Source of the DNA: Lama glama
Lineage: Eukaryota
NCBI GenBank assembly: GCA_028534125.1
Contig: CM052816.1
Coordinates: 80,416,001 to 80,480,000, forward strand
Reading direction: 5' to 3'
DNA length: 64,000 bases
Positions 26,701 to 38,812 of the stretch are shown here, one piece after another; the first letter of the stretch is position 1, and every line of letters starts with the position of its first letter. A program made the position numbers and the translations under genes. The notes beneath the pieces were generated by a model, which was not told where the DNA came from, made no database searches, and saw only the letters and a list, made by a program, of their open reading frames with translations.

Positions 26701-27565
26701 ATTAACAGATCCATCTCCTCATGTAGTTTTATTTTGGGAGGTAACTTTTTCCTGATAGGTGGACATGATGTACTGAGTGAAAGGAGCTGCAATGAGTAGG
26801 CCTTTAGTAATCCGGTGGTGAGTTGTCAGAGAAGGGGAAGTGTTCTGCGGTCCAACACTCAGGCCTCAGGGTTTCAGTGAGCCTATTCTAGGATTGGAAA
26901 CTTCACAGATATTTTTCCCCACTTCGGTGGGACAGAATGACAAGACAGGGCTGGAGCTGAGTACTCCTTTTCTGCCACGTGGAAGTCTAGAGCTGTTAAG
27001 AGTTGGGCATTTCCCTTCCGTAAGGTCAGTTAGGCTCTGATAGTGCCTAGCAGGTTGGGCTCTGGTTTACCATCCCCCTGATGGCAGGTCTTGTTAAGAA
27101 CAGAGTACTCTGGCATATTTCCAAATGGTTCCTTTCGCCCTCCCCCTGATGGAAGCACTAGGGGATTTTTTCTCTGATTTTTACCGTGGGAATTTGGTTG
27201 AGCTCCTGGATGTAAATCTCACAATATTGCAGAGGCCTCTTATAGTTAGGTCCCCCTGGAGTTAACTCTTAGAGTTGTCCACGCGGAGCCCTCCAGCAAT
27301 TCATCGATTACAGCTCAGGCTTTTCTGCCTGGGCGCTGGTTCCCAAGGTGGATTCCACTTGTGAGCCTCTGTTCTTGTAAGCTGCTCCTTCCTGTGTTTG
27401 TCTGTCTCTTCTGTCTTGGGGGCAGTGGTTTGCTCTCTGTCCTCCCTTCTCTTATGGATCCAAGAAGAGTTGTTCATTTTTTCATTCTGTTCAGCTTTTT
27501 ATGTGTTAGGATGGAGTGGTGACTTTTAAGCTCTTTATATGCAGAATCAGAAACCAGAAGCCCCT
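23715..27565 (-). mobile_element. L1MC/L1MD-like LINE-1 (3' UTR, ORF2 3' part, joined to 5' region; internally deleted)
   Basis: 3' end agagcagtattaggttcacaaaatt...; ORF 25210-25443 (IHRFNAISIKI...GGLTLPNF...TVIKMVQYWQKNRQ) is ORF2; 26030-27565 resembles L1M 5' sequence; short L1MA-type piece at about 26610-26730. Confidence 0.85.
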
Positions 27566-27929
27566 TTTGTAGCTATTTTTGTTGGATGGATACTTCTTTT
27601 TTAGTTAAAAATTGTAATGATAAAAACTAATCACTTTAGGAGATTTAGAATAGACAAGAAAATAAGAAAGAGAAATAATATCATTGGAATGGGACTATTA
27701 ATGTCTTGGTGAATGCCTCTCCACTTGGTCATTGAGGCTCTGACTTCATTTTTTTCTGTTTATCAACATCTGTTCCCAGAAAGGGAATGGAGACCCACTC
27801 ATTCATACAGATTGAAAAACTTACTAAGATACTTATTCCAAAGTCATTTTAATTATTTTTCAGGAAACAGATTCCTTATTTACCTTTAGCCAAAGGAATA
27901 AAGATCTAATTACGGATTTTAGGTATCAA

Positions 27930-28260
27930 TTACTCAACATTCATCACTGAACAGATACTTGTTGAACACCTACCGTGTGTTGGGCTGTATTCCAAGCAAT
28001 GAAGATATAGAGTTGAACAAAATAGATAACTTATTCCTTCCAAATGAATTCTAGTGTGGAAAGTGACATTGGACAAGATTAAACTGGTAAATACATGTCT
28101 ATATATAGTATGTAATAATTGCTCTAAAGAAAAATAAAGGAGGTAAGGCAGATGGGGCGTGCTCAGGTGAGAGCTGTGTTTTTGTTTGCATGGTCAGGGA
28201 AGGACTTGCTAGAAGATGGCATCAGAAGTATACATATGTCTGGAGGAGGGGCATAAGGGC
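27930..28260 (-). mobile_element. L2 fragment
   Basis: cattcatcactgaacagatacttgttgaacacctaccgtgtgttgggc. Confidence 0.7.
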
Positions 28261-28400
28261 ACAATCTGAGGGCAGGGACCCTGAAATAACATTATTTCAA
28301 TCATGCTCCCTGGGCCCAATGCACAACTGACTATTTGCTTAGACCCTTTTATTTTTTGGAATGTATATTTCAGATAGGTTTTAAAAATACTTTATAAAAC

Positions 28401-29035
28401 TGTTAGAGCAGATAGCTAGATATGAGCAGAGAAAGGGGGAGGCAGCCCAAATGGCAGGAATTGGGCAAAAAGGAGGGACACAGGCCAAATGCAGGAAACC
28501 ATACATCATGTAAGCACCAGGGGTCCCTGGGCAGAGAGAGAAAAGCAGGAACCTCTGGGCTTATAAGTGGTCACACATTTTGGGGTGACAAGCCACCTGG
28601 AGGCCAACAAAGAAAGGTGGGAAAGGGCAGGAATCTCCAGTGTCTGAATGTAACCTTTTGCTCATTATGCCCTCATTACAATAAAATTAGCCTTGCAGAT
28701 TTAAAGTACCCATCATGCACCAATTCCATGACATTTCTGATCCAGACTGAATAAGGACAAAAATCCTCCTCCCTTCGGGAAGGTGGAGTTGGGATGAAAA
28801 TTAGGAAATATGACCCCAAACCCTTCTCTCCCCAATACATATTCCACCCATTCATTTTTACACCCAACTTGCCAAAGAAAGTCAGGGCAGCCACTCACCT
28901 GAGCCTGCCCACCCTCCCTTTGTGAGTGTACTGTCTATCCCTTAATGAATCCTCACTTTACTTCCTTGACCTCCGAGTCGAATTCTTTCTAGGATGGTAC
29001 AAGAATCTGGACACACATTACATCTACCAGCAACA
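28401..29035 (+). mobile_element. ERV1-class solo LTR (MER50-like start)
   Basis: TGTT...AACA termini, flanks aaac/aaat as a near 4-bp TSD, start tgttagagcagatagctagatatgagcag, U5-like gaattctttct...caagaa near the 3' end. Confidence 0.8.
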
Positions 29036-30217
29036 AAATATTCTTATATTGCCACAAAACCCCAGAAAAGCTGTGGACATGTAATCAATCAACGGCAACT
29101 GGACTTACTTAGAGTTCCTAATATGTCCTGGGAGAAGCTGAATTACAGGCAGCTGAAAACTCCTCCTTCTCCCAGTGTACAAGTTACAAATTAAAATTAG
29201 TGAGAAAGGATCCAGCAGAGTTCCTGCAATTTCCCAGTAGGCTCCAGGAAGCTTAAAACTTGATCTGAATGGGCTCTCTTGCTCCCCACAGACTTCAGAT
29301 TTTCCTGTACTCAATTTATAGTTGGAAACAACCAGGACCCAGTGCATAAAGGCCACTTCCTTCTTAATGCCCTTGAGGTTAACAGACTTTCTGGGAAGGT
29401 CTTTTTGGAACCTTTGGAATGAAGACATGTTTAAAACCATGAGCTCATGCTTTCCACAGATGAGACTTTGTCAGATGGACCGTCACACTATATAAAAAGC
29501 ACCCACCCATCACCCCCAGGCATGAGTTTATTGGAAAGAAAACTATTACTAAAGCATAATTGTGATTTGTAGCAAAACAAATGATTGTGATTATTCAGCT
29601 GAAAATGACAGAGGGATAAATGTATGTATTACTTGCAGATCTCAAATACATAGTTCCATTTGCCTTTCACTATACTCATGGGAAGAAGGCAGTATGACAG
29701 TTTTCATTTTTCATCTACAAAACCTGAGATCCAAGAAATTCCGTGACTGCAAAAGATCACACACCAGGGGAAGACTGTGTCTCCTAATGGTGGACCAGTT
29801 TCTTTTAAGTCATTCCTTTCCACCCTTTGCATTCCACCTCTAGATTTCTAGAAAGGCAACTAAATATCTCAATCCTGTTTCTCATTTTTAGTTCCTAGTA
29901 GAAAGAGAATTGTGTTTTCAATGTTAACAATCTTAACATTTTCATAGTGCTGATTTGACAAAAGCTCTTGGGGCTGACATGACTCACATCACTGTAATTG
30001 ATTTAAGGTGAATACACTGGCTTCATTTTAAGTTCTTTCAAATGCTTTAGTCTGGACCGAGTAGCTAAAATTTCCAGGGAGCAAGGTTAGTTAGCCCTTT
30101 CCATCAATCCCAGAGCTTGATACTAGCTTTTGAAGTTCAGGCAATCTTTTATTTAGGGCTCACCTCCCAATTCCTGCTTGCAGTCTTCCCTTTTGCACCT
30201 GATGTTTGTAACCATAT

Positions 30218-30700
30218 TGTATTTGTTTCCTGTTGCTGCTTTGACAGATTCCCGCAAGCTGTGTGGTCTGAAGCAACACAGATTTCTTATCTTACAGCTC
30301 TGGAGGTCAGTAGTTTGAAATGGGTCTCAGTAAGCCAAAATCAAGGTGTTGACAGGGCTGTGTTCCTTCTGGAGACTTAAGGGTAAACCAGTTCCTTGAT
30401 TTTTCCAGCTTAAAGATCAGTTGCATTCTATGACTTATAGCTCCATTTCTCCATCTTCAAAGCCAGCAACACTGGGCCAAGTCTTTTCACACCGCTGTCT
30501 CCAGTCCTACCTCTCTTTTCCATTTATAGTAATCCTTCAGACTACACCAGGTGCACCTAGATAATCCAGGCTAATTTCCCAAACTCAAGGTCAGTTGATT
30601 AGCAGCCTTAATTTTATCTGCAATCTTAATTCCCCTTTGCCATGCAATTTACATAGTCAGTTTCTGGGAATTAGGACGGGGACACCATTCTACTGCATCA
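30218..30700 (-). mobile_element. MaLR solo LTR (MLT1C/D-like)
   Basis: tgtatttgtttcctgttgctgct...cttacagctctggaggtcag...cttcaaagccagcaac...atctgcaatcttaattcccctttgcc. Confidence 0.85.
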
Positions 30701-31249
30701 TTTCAGTATGATTGAAAACTAGTATCTTGGCAGGTCCAACACTCATGAAATAGTTATTAAGAATTTCCATTTCTTGATGGTTCAGAAGGACTTTTGAAAT
30801 AGTGATTTTGATCACTCAAAGCCGCCCAAGCTAATGGTGTTATTATTTCCCTGTGGCAAGCAGTTGTCTTCAAAATCACCCTTCCAGCTTGAGAGATTTG
30901 CTTTTCAAAAATGATCTACACTTCTCCCTCTTTTGCCATGAAGTGAACAAGTGAGTGACTGAGAAAGAAGTGGAGGTGGAAGGGGAGGCCTGGAACAATA
31001 TTAATGAGCAGAACAATCCACCTGGACAATGTGGGGACCACCTGTTCATCTCATTACACGTGGCGCTCTTGTGTATTGACTGGCACAGGTGTGAGTGGTT
31101 CCCTCCCCAAGAACATTTTCTCATGGCTATAAAACGTTGCTAAACAACATCGGGGCCTGATCTAATCCTGTTGATTTCTCCACTGATTAAGAACCTCTCT
31201 CACCCCGTATTATTATTGCCTTTTAGTGAGTTTATTTCATGCAATTTCC

Positions 31250-31470
31250 AACTTCCTACTTCCTAGATTTGAGAGCAGGACATCTTTTGCTCTTCCTTTT
31301 CTTGCCTTCTTTCCAGCCTTCCCACTCTTTCCTTGCTCACTTTTTCTGTAATTCTTTATCCCTTGTCTTCTCTTCCAGTGTGTTTGTCCGTTCTCTCTTC
31401 TCTCTGTCTTCCTCCCCCTTCATGCTCTCCAGTCCCACCTCCCTCTCCCCTGCTTTCACCCCCTTTACCT
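31250..31470. repeat. CT-rich low-complexity tract
   Basis: Strong pyrimidine bias. Confidence 0.7.
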
Positions 31471-31644
31471 GTGGACTTCTAATTGGCAGTGTAATTGGGC
31501 AAACTGATGACTGAGATCAGGAAGACAATGCATTTTAAAAGCACTTCAATTTAAATCATGCTTCCTAATGAAACATTCTCAAAACACCACACTCTGTGTA
31601 TATTACTTAGTATCCTTAAAGTTTTTTTCTAGATAAAACATGTC

Positions 31645-31706
31645 ACCATTGCATTTACAGAGTACAATAGAACTCAAACCATTGCATTTACAGAGTACAA
31701 TAGAAC
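31645..31706. repeat. Perfect 29-bp direct duplication with 4-bp spacer
   Basis: accattgcatttacagagtacaatagaac at 31645-31673 and 31678-31706. Confidence 0.95.
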
Positions 31707-32504
31707 ATTTTGTACATTCTCTCTGGTTTTTAAAGTATCACATGCTAATATAGAGATTTGAAAAATTCAGAAAGGCACAAAGAGGAAAATAAAAATCATG
31801 TGTCATCTAATCACACAAAGAAAAGCACTAGTAAATGTTTTGAAGATCACTTTATTTTTTACCATAAAAGAAATATGTATCCCATGTGGGAAATACAGAA
31901 TTTTCAGCAAAAATATAAAAAAGAAGATAACCATTATCCAACTATTCAGGAATAACAATGACACAAAAAGATATATCTCTTTCCTGTATTTTCTCTGTAT
32001 TTCTACATAATTGGATTCAGGCTGAAGGTAAAATTTTGTGTCTTTCAGTCTCACATGATGAACATTTTTTGATACCGTCAAAAACCTAACATATCTTTTA
32101 TTTGCTGAGTAACTTCCCATTATATAGGCATTGCACAATTTATTTTCCAGCCCTCCGTTTTTGGCCATTTAGATTGTTTCTTATTATTCATCATTATAAA
32201 TAATGCAGTGATGGATATCTTTGTGAACAAATTGTTTTCCTTATCTGAACCAGTTACTTAGGAAACAATTTTACAAGTGGAGTTTGGGGTCAAAGTGTGC
32301 GTTTCGGAGGCTTTCAATGCATCTTGTCCCCAAAGGCAGAGGCAGTCCTTCCTCCCTTGCTCTGAAGTGTGTTGATCCAACTGTGATATCCTGGGACCAT
32401 ATTGACAGAGTAATTGCACCATTTTATGGTGGAAAAAAATTTTAATTTCTCTTCCCAGATTTTGATTATGATTCACCTTCCATCTATCTTAATGCAGTTG
32501 TTTG

Positions 32505-33200
32505 TAATTTTTGAAAGGATACTCTATTTTAGAGCAAGTTTAGATTTATAGAAAAGTTGCAAAGAGAGTACATACAGTTCTTGTATTCCTGGCACCTAGT
32601 TTCCCTTATTGTTAACATCGAGCAATATTATGCGTGTTTGTCACAGCTAAGGAACCAGGCTTCGTACTTTACAATTAACTAAACTACACACTTTATTTAG
32701 GACTCATTAGTTTTCCGAACGTCAGTCTTCTGTTTCAGGATCCCGTCCAGGACACCACATTACGTGTTAGTTATTGTATCTCCTTAGCCTCCTCTGGGCT
32801 CTGACAGTTTCCTAGGCTTAACCTGTTTTTGATGACCTTGACAGTTTGAGGAATATTTTGTAGAATGTCCCTAAAGTTGGGTTTGTGTAATATTTTTCTC
32901 ATGGGGTTATGGGCTCTGGGGAGGACCACCACAGAGGTAAAGTGCCCTTCTCATGACCTCATACCCAGGTCACATGCTGTCAATATAACATATCACTGAT
33001 GGTGCTTTCCTTGGTCACCTGGCTGGAGTAGCATCCACCATGCTTCTCCATTGTAAAGTTACTTTATTTCTTCCCTTTCAGTACCAGTACCCAACTCTGT
33101 GGAACCAGGTCACCAAACACAGGCTACACTCAAGGCAGGGTTAGGGTGGAGGAGTTAAGTTCCACCTCCTGGAGTGAAGAATATTTAGTTAAACTTTCTG
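32505..33200 (-). mobile_element. L1MC4-like 3' UTR
   Basis: agatttatagaaaagttgcaaagagagtaca...caggatcccgtccaggacaccacatt...accacagaggtaaagtgcccttctcat. Confidence 0.8.
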
Positions 33201-34948
33201 TAATTTTTCTTTACAGGAGAAGTTTATACTTTCAATTTTATAAAATGAGCATGTCACATAGAGATAACCACTGGTAAATTTTTCAGAATAATTGTTTTGT
33301 TTGTAAGAGAAATACATACCAAATACATATGTACATGTGTATGTGTGTTTTATATACAAACAGATGTACATTTTATATCTGTATATATCAAATGTAGCAA
33401 ATTTGGAAATTACAGGAAAAGTGTAAAAGAGAAAATAACTCAAGTGTTTTTGCTGTGATCAGAAATTCTTGATTATACCTTTGTTCTTTGCTTAATAATT
33501 GCTATTCATTAGTAATTTGGGAGGTCATAAATTGTGTCAGCCAGGGTTACATTTGCTTCAGGCCAATCCATCTCCAAGAACATCACCCTCATCAAGGTTA
33601 AGGTCACTACAAAGGTCACAAATGGTGGGTAAACTTCAGCTGTCATTCAGGTGCTTCAGAAAGTTCAGTAGCACTTACCACATACATTCCAAAATTGAGA
33701 CATTTGTTTGTGCTGTATAGGTTTTGACAAGAATGCTGTGTTATTTTATGGCATAATTATTCTCTTGGTAGGGATTTTTAATGTTTTATGCCATTTGTCA
33801 TTTATCATGGATTATTTGGGGTATAAACAATTTTAAATGGTGAATTAAAACAAAAGTAGACTTATTTTTCTAAGTTTATAAAAAGGATGAATGTCATGTG
33901 TAATCTCTTTGACATTGGTGTGAAGGTTTAACTCATTGTTTATTTAAACCTGTTAAAAGTATGTCTTATTAATCGAATTATTTTTGTTTTTAATGTTCCT
34001 GAAACCATCAAAAAGTTTCTAAAGATGACAAATGGAACAATAGGTTTCCTCTCCTTCCTAACAATAACAGAGAATAAGAGAGGAGCTGTTTTAGGATATG
34101 AGATTTTAACAAAATTCTAGAGGACAGAAAGTGGGACAAGTAATAATCAGTATTTCATGGCCAAGTGAGCCCCACCCCAAAGTCTGCATACTGACAGGAT
34201 ATAGCCAAGAAGAAAGTTGATTTGACTCAAGAACCCCAGAGTGTTCTGAGACTTAGAGATGCTGATATGATGGAGGGCAGGGAGGATGGGGCTGAACACA
34301 GAATTGCTGTTTCCACTACCTCAGGCAGAATGACTGCAGTCTGGTGTCCACCCCCTAAGCCGTACACTAGAGTCTTCCTCTCTGCAGGAATTAAGTGGGG
34401 CCATAGGGATGTTTATTATAGTGTTCTTTGAGTTTTCTGTACTTTTGAAATTTTTCCAAATAAAATATGGGGAAAAGAACAAAAATCACATATGTACTCT
34501 TAGATCCACTTTTTATCTGCAGTGACATCCAGGCACCGCCTGCCCATTTTGCAAAGAAATTGGAACCATTTGCAGAGGCTGGTTCTGGTGTGGTCTGTTC
34601 GTATCCACAACAGCACTGCCATGAACTGTTTACTGGTCTTCTCCTCTTGGACGCAGAGAGGATGGTCAGAGTGGCTGGGAACTTGAACTCTAATGAAGAT
34701 GATGTCTGGTCAGTTCAGGGCCTTGTTTAAGAAAAAAATCATTAAACTTCAGGGAGTACTGAGACTTTCTGTCTTCAGTGTTGTCACTGTGTGTTTTCCC
34801 CAATTCCAAAGCCCATTTCCTGGACCCTGTGTAACACCATGGAGAAAATAAATCATTTTGTTAAGCCCTAGTAAAAGGAGAAAGTCCTTATTAGACCAGA
34901 TTTTTGCCTTATCACTTTCTTCCCTGAAGAATTTGATTACTGTGAAGA

Positions 34949-34951
<3 letters not shown>

Positions 34952-34986
<35 letters not shown>
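34952..34986. repeat. (TG)n microsatellite
   Basis: Perfect TG run. Confidence 0.95.
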
Positions 34987-34988
<2 letters not shown>

Positions 34989-35029
34989 TTCCCACTTTTT
35001 CATTTCTCCAAAGTTGATGACATTGGGGT

Positions 35030-35480
35030 GCTGGACCCTCAATGCCCTATTCTGGTGTCATTTTCAGAGAGATAGTGACAAACTGTGGCATGGTTCCAGG
35101 GAGATTAACCAGACTGCTGAAGGATTAGCACAATAGGAAATGAAGAATGGTTGAACAAAATGGATATATTTAGGCTGAAAAGAGAAGCCTTAGTGGCACA
35201 TGATAAACGTTATCCAATATACGTAAGCAGATATCAGGTATAAAAGATACCAGCCGTGTTCTGGTATTGCTCCACAAGACAGAGCCAAGATGATGAGTGG
35301 AAGTTACAGGGACACAGATTTTTAATACCGTAAAGGGAGGAGATTTCTAGTAATTAAAATACATGAGCAATAGTGGATGCCTTGAGAAATTGTCTGTCTT
35401 CACTATAAGTACATTTGTGGTTTGGATGAATGGAACTGAGGACACAATTCCAGTGTCAGCTGAAAAATCGACCCTTGATG
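35030..35480 (+). mobile_element. L3/CR1 LINE fragment
   Basis: tgacaaactg...ttccagggag...gaatggttgaa...tttaggctgaaaagagaagcct...gtggaagttacagggacacagattt matches the CR1/L3 3' region. Confidence 0.8.
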
Positions 35481-35749
35481 AATGTTAGGGTAAGATTCTC
35501 CGATTTTATAAGAAGCCACTATTTTTGAATTAATGCTACATGCCAGCCCCTGTAATAGGGGCTTCCTTGCAATAGTTCTTTTTGTTCCTGTGAACAGCTT
35601 TATCAAGTCAGCATTCCCCGTTTCTCATAGGCATAGCCTGAGACTCATCAGTCAACCACTTTGACCGTCACGCAGGAAGAGAGCTCAGAACCAGGGCTAG
35701 AACTCAGGTCCAGATTTAGCAATTAAGTCCCACTCCCTCCTTACCATAT

Positions 35750-35970
35750 TACAACCATGTCATGGTTGTAGTCCGTTATGTGGATATGAAATCAACTTAG
35801 TGTGTTAGAGCCAGAATTTAAATGAAATGAAATAGAATAACACAGAATGGAGTGTATCAGAATGCCTCCTATGTGGGAAAAGAGGGGAGCACTGCTTCCT
35901 AAAATTGTTGTTTGGCTGTATACTGGGCTCACAACGTGAAATATATTTTTAACTGTAGGTCAGAGTGAAC
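35750..35970. mobile_element. hAT-Charlie-type DNA transposon remnant
   Basis: tgaaatcaacttagtgtgttagagccag...aaatgaaatagaata motif. Confidence 0.5.
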
Positions 35971-36068
35971 ACCTTAACCTCATGGACCCTAATCTTCTTG
36001 ACTTCCCATTCTTAGACTTCTTCGATTGGGTTCACTTTGGCGACCTATTCCCGTGACCACTCCCCTGG

Positions 36069-36507
36069 TGTATGAGCTTCCAAAGGCTGATGTAACAAAT
36101 TACCACCGACGCAGGGGCTTAAAACAACAGAACTCTTACAGTTCTGGAGGTCAAAAATCAAAACTCAAGTGTCATTAGAGTCACGTTCCTCTGGAGTCTT
36201 CAGGGGAGAACCTGTTTGTCCCCTTTTCAATTTCTAGAGGCCGCTTATGTTCCTTGGCTTGTGGCCCCTTCCTTACCTCACACCAACTTCTTGCCTCTGT
36301 TAGTACCTCTCCTACTGCTCATTCTGACTCTCCTGCCTCCCTCATTTAAGGATGTTTCTGATTACAGTGAGTCAACAATCTCCCTATCTCAAGATCCCTA
36401 ACTTAATTACATCTGCAAAGTCCCTTTTAGCATGTAAAGTAGCCTACTCACGGGTTCTAAGGATTACGAGGTGGGCATCTTCTGGGGGCCATATTCAGCC
36501 TGCTACA
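36069..36507 (-). mobile_element. MaLR solo LTR (MLT1C-like)
   Basis: tgtatgagcttccaaaggctgatgtaacaaattacc...ctcaagatccctaacttaattacatctgcaaagtccc...tattcagcctgctaca. Confidence 0.9.
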
Positions 36508-38063
36508 TCAGGCTTGCATTACAAAGTCTGAATGCTTAAACTTGAGTGTTCCCCTTTCTGACCACAGCCTCTTCTGCATTTATCTTGTCACTTCCTTTGA
36601 CTTGCTTTTAGCTGCTCACAATCTCAGCTGAGACTTCAGCCAGGCTCCGTGAAAGGCTGGTGGCTTCTCCCATTCTCCACAGCAGTTTCCCAGATGCCTT
36701 TCCTACTTGCCTTAAGTAGATGATTTTACCCTCTGTTTAAAGAGAAAAAGAGGTCTCTCACATGTACTGCTTCAAAGACTCTCCCCTCTTTTTCTCCCTG
36801 TGCTGTCTTTGAAGGAAGATACAGCATTTCTAGTCACAACAAAGTATGAGAGAACAGTGTTTGTTGTACTCAAGATTTCGTAGGTGAAAAAGATAAGGGA
36901 GTTCATGTTGTACATGTCCTGTGATGCTCCAAGTAAAAAATCCCCATTTTCTTTTTTACATCTTTCCCTTTGGCCGCCAGCTGGTGCATCTTCTTCTGTG
37001 GGCTTTTCCTTTCTAGCCTCTCCATCTCCAGGTGCCACTTTGTCTACATCTGGATTATTTCTGAGACTCCCAACTTCTCACTTCTTTCTTAAACACAGTT
37101 GCTTAGAGCTTTCTCAGTTGCCATTTCCCTTCCTCATACTACTTTAATGTTGTCTTCAAGGGTGGGAAAGTCCAGTCTACTGAGTAGGAAGTTTTTTTCT
37201 TTTCTTTTCTCTTGGCCAAAAAGTACTACATCCACCCAGACCTGTTCCCCTTATGTGATAGTGGGGGGTTACAAATAAGTAACATGAATTTGTGCTGCTG
37301 TAGTCGTGACTTTAGTGGGGCATAGAAAATGGAGACAGTGAATGTGGACTCCCTCTGTAATGAAAGAGCCATTGGGAAAGCAAATCTTTCTTTAACTTTT
37401 TGTTTTAAACATATAATGAGGATATAAATATTTACCTGTGTTCACATTCACATCTTGAAGTCTCATACTAGACCTCCTCTCCGTTTTTTACCCTTTTCTC
37501 TGCTGTGGCACTTAGTGAAGTTAACACGCCATCAAATTCTCTCGTGGTTCGCCAGCTCCCATCACTAAGCCACCAGAGAAGGCATTCCCCTTTGGCCCTA
37601 AGCCATTGGTAAACATCGCTGGAATGCTCTGTTTCAGGCCAGAACCACTTTGGTGGCCATAGCAACAGTCTTGACAGGCTATTGGACTCGTCCCTCCAGG
37701 CGTGGGGGCTCTCCCCGATCAGGGACTGTTGCCCATCAGAGTGGGAGAAGCAGGGCCAGGGCCGCAGCCCAGGAAAGGCTTTGCATCCTGTCAGTGGAGG
37801 ATGGTTTCTGATTTGAGAATGATGGCCTGCTGGGAATGTCATGAAAAAATAGTGCTCTGTCTTGGCTAAATCTACCATGATGGCTTTCTGCTCCCTGTGG
37901 GAGAAAGTTCTTTCATTTGTTCTCCCTAACAACATGTTTGCTGGGCTCCCAATGTGCTGGCAGGTTTTCCCCAGTCCATTTAGTCGGACCCCTCATTTTC
38001 TAGTGATGACAAACATGGATTGCTGTTTATAGAGACATTTTGAAAAACAGAAAATCGTTCTCA

Positions 38064-38417
38064 CGATATGTTGTATTTCTGTGATGTTGGTTGTAATTTC
38101 TCCGTTTTCCTTTCTTATTTTGTTTGTGTTCTCTTTTCTTCTTGATGAGTCTGGCCAGAGGTTTGTCAATTTTGTTTACTGTTTCAAAACAAAAAAACAG
38201 CTCTTGGTTTGATTGATTTTTTTCTATTGCATAATGACGTGTCAATGTAGTATCCTTGTTTGTAACACACGTACCTCCCTGGTGAGGAATGCTGATAGTG
38301 GAGGAGGCTGTGGAGGGTGGGCAGAGGGTATATGGGAATCTCTGTACTTTCTGCTCAGTTTTGCTGTGAACCTAAACTGCTCTAAAAAACAAAGTCTATT
38401 TTTTGAAAAGATTAAAA
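38064..38417. mobile_element. Composite L1: antisense ORF2 piece joined to a sense L1MC/MD-type 3' end
   Basis: Minus-strand peptide ETVNKIDKPLARLIKKKRE; sense gggtatatgggaatctctgtactttctgctcagttttgctgtgaacctaaactgctct plus A-rich tail. Confidence 0.8.
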
Positions 38418-38705
38418 AAAATTGTTCTGAGAGAAGATTATTGGGAGAAGAAGAAAGAGTCAGAAGTAACCCTAAGTGTCTGATGGTGGCTAGGAAAACC
38501 ACCTGGTAAGATACTGTCTTCCACGAGGCTCCTACCCCATTCCTGAAGATAACGTGGAAGAGAAGTTCTGATGAGCTTGTGGTTGCTACGATGTCTCTTA
38601 GCTGATGTTTCTTGATTTTGTTGGCTTATCTAGGAACTCATGGTTTCAGATGTCATTAACATTCCTTTTTTAATTTGTGAGAATAGTAGATTTGGTAAGG
38701 TTCTT

Positions 38706-38812
38706 TCTTTTTAAACTTTTTTTTATTGATTTATAATCATTTTACAATGTTGTGTCAAATTCCAGTGTAGAGCACAATTTTTCAGTTATACATGAACATA
38801 TATATATATTCA
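38706..38812 (-). mobile_element. Young 107-bp L1 3'-end insertion with perfect 13-bp TSD
   Basis: TSD tggtaaggttctt at 38693-38705 and 38813-38825; near-identical to 48280-48372. Confidence 0.92.

Noticed and set aside
35750..35770. 10-bp inverted repeat tacaaccatg-t-catggttgta
   Set aside because: Short, at the edge of a DNA transposon remnant, with nothing else pointing to function.
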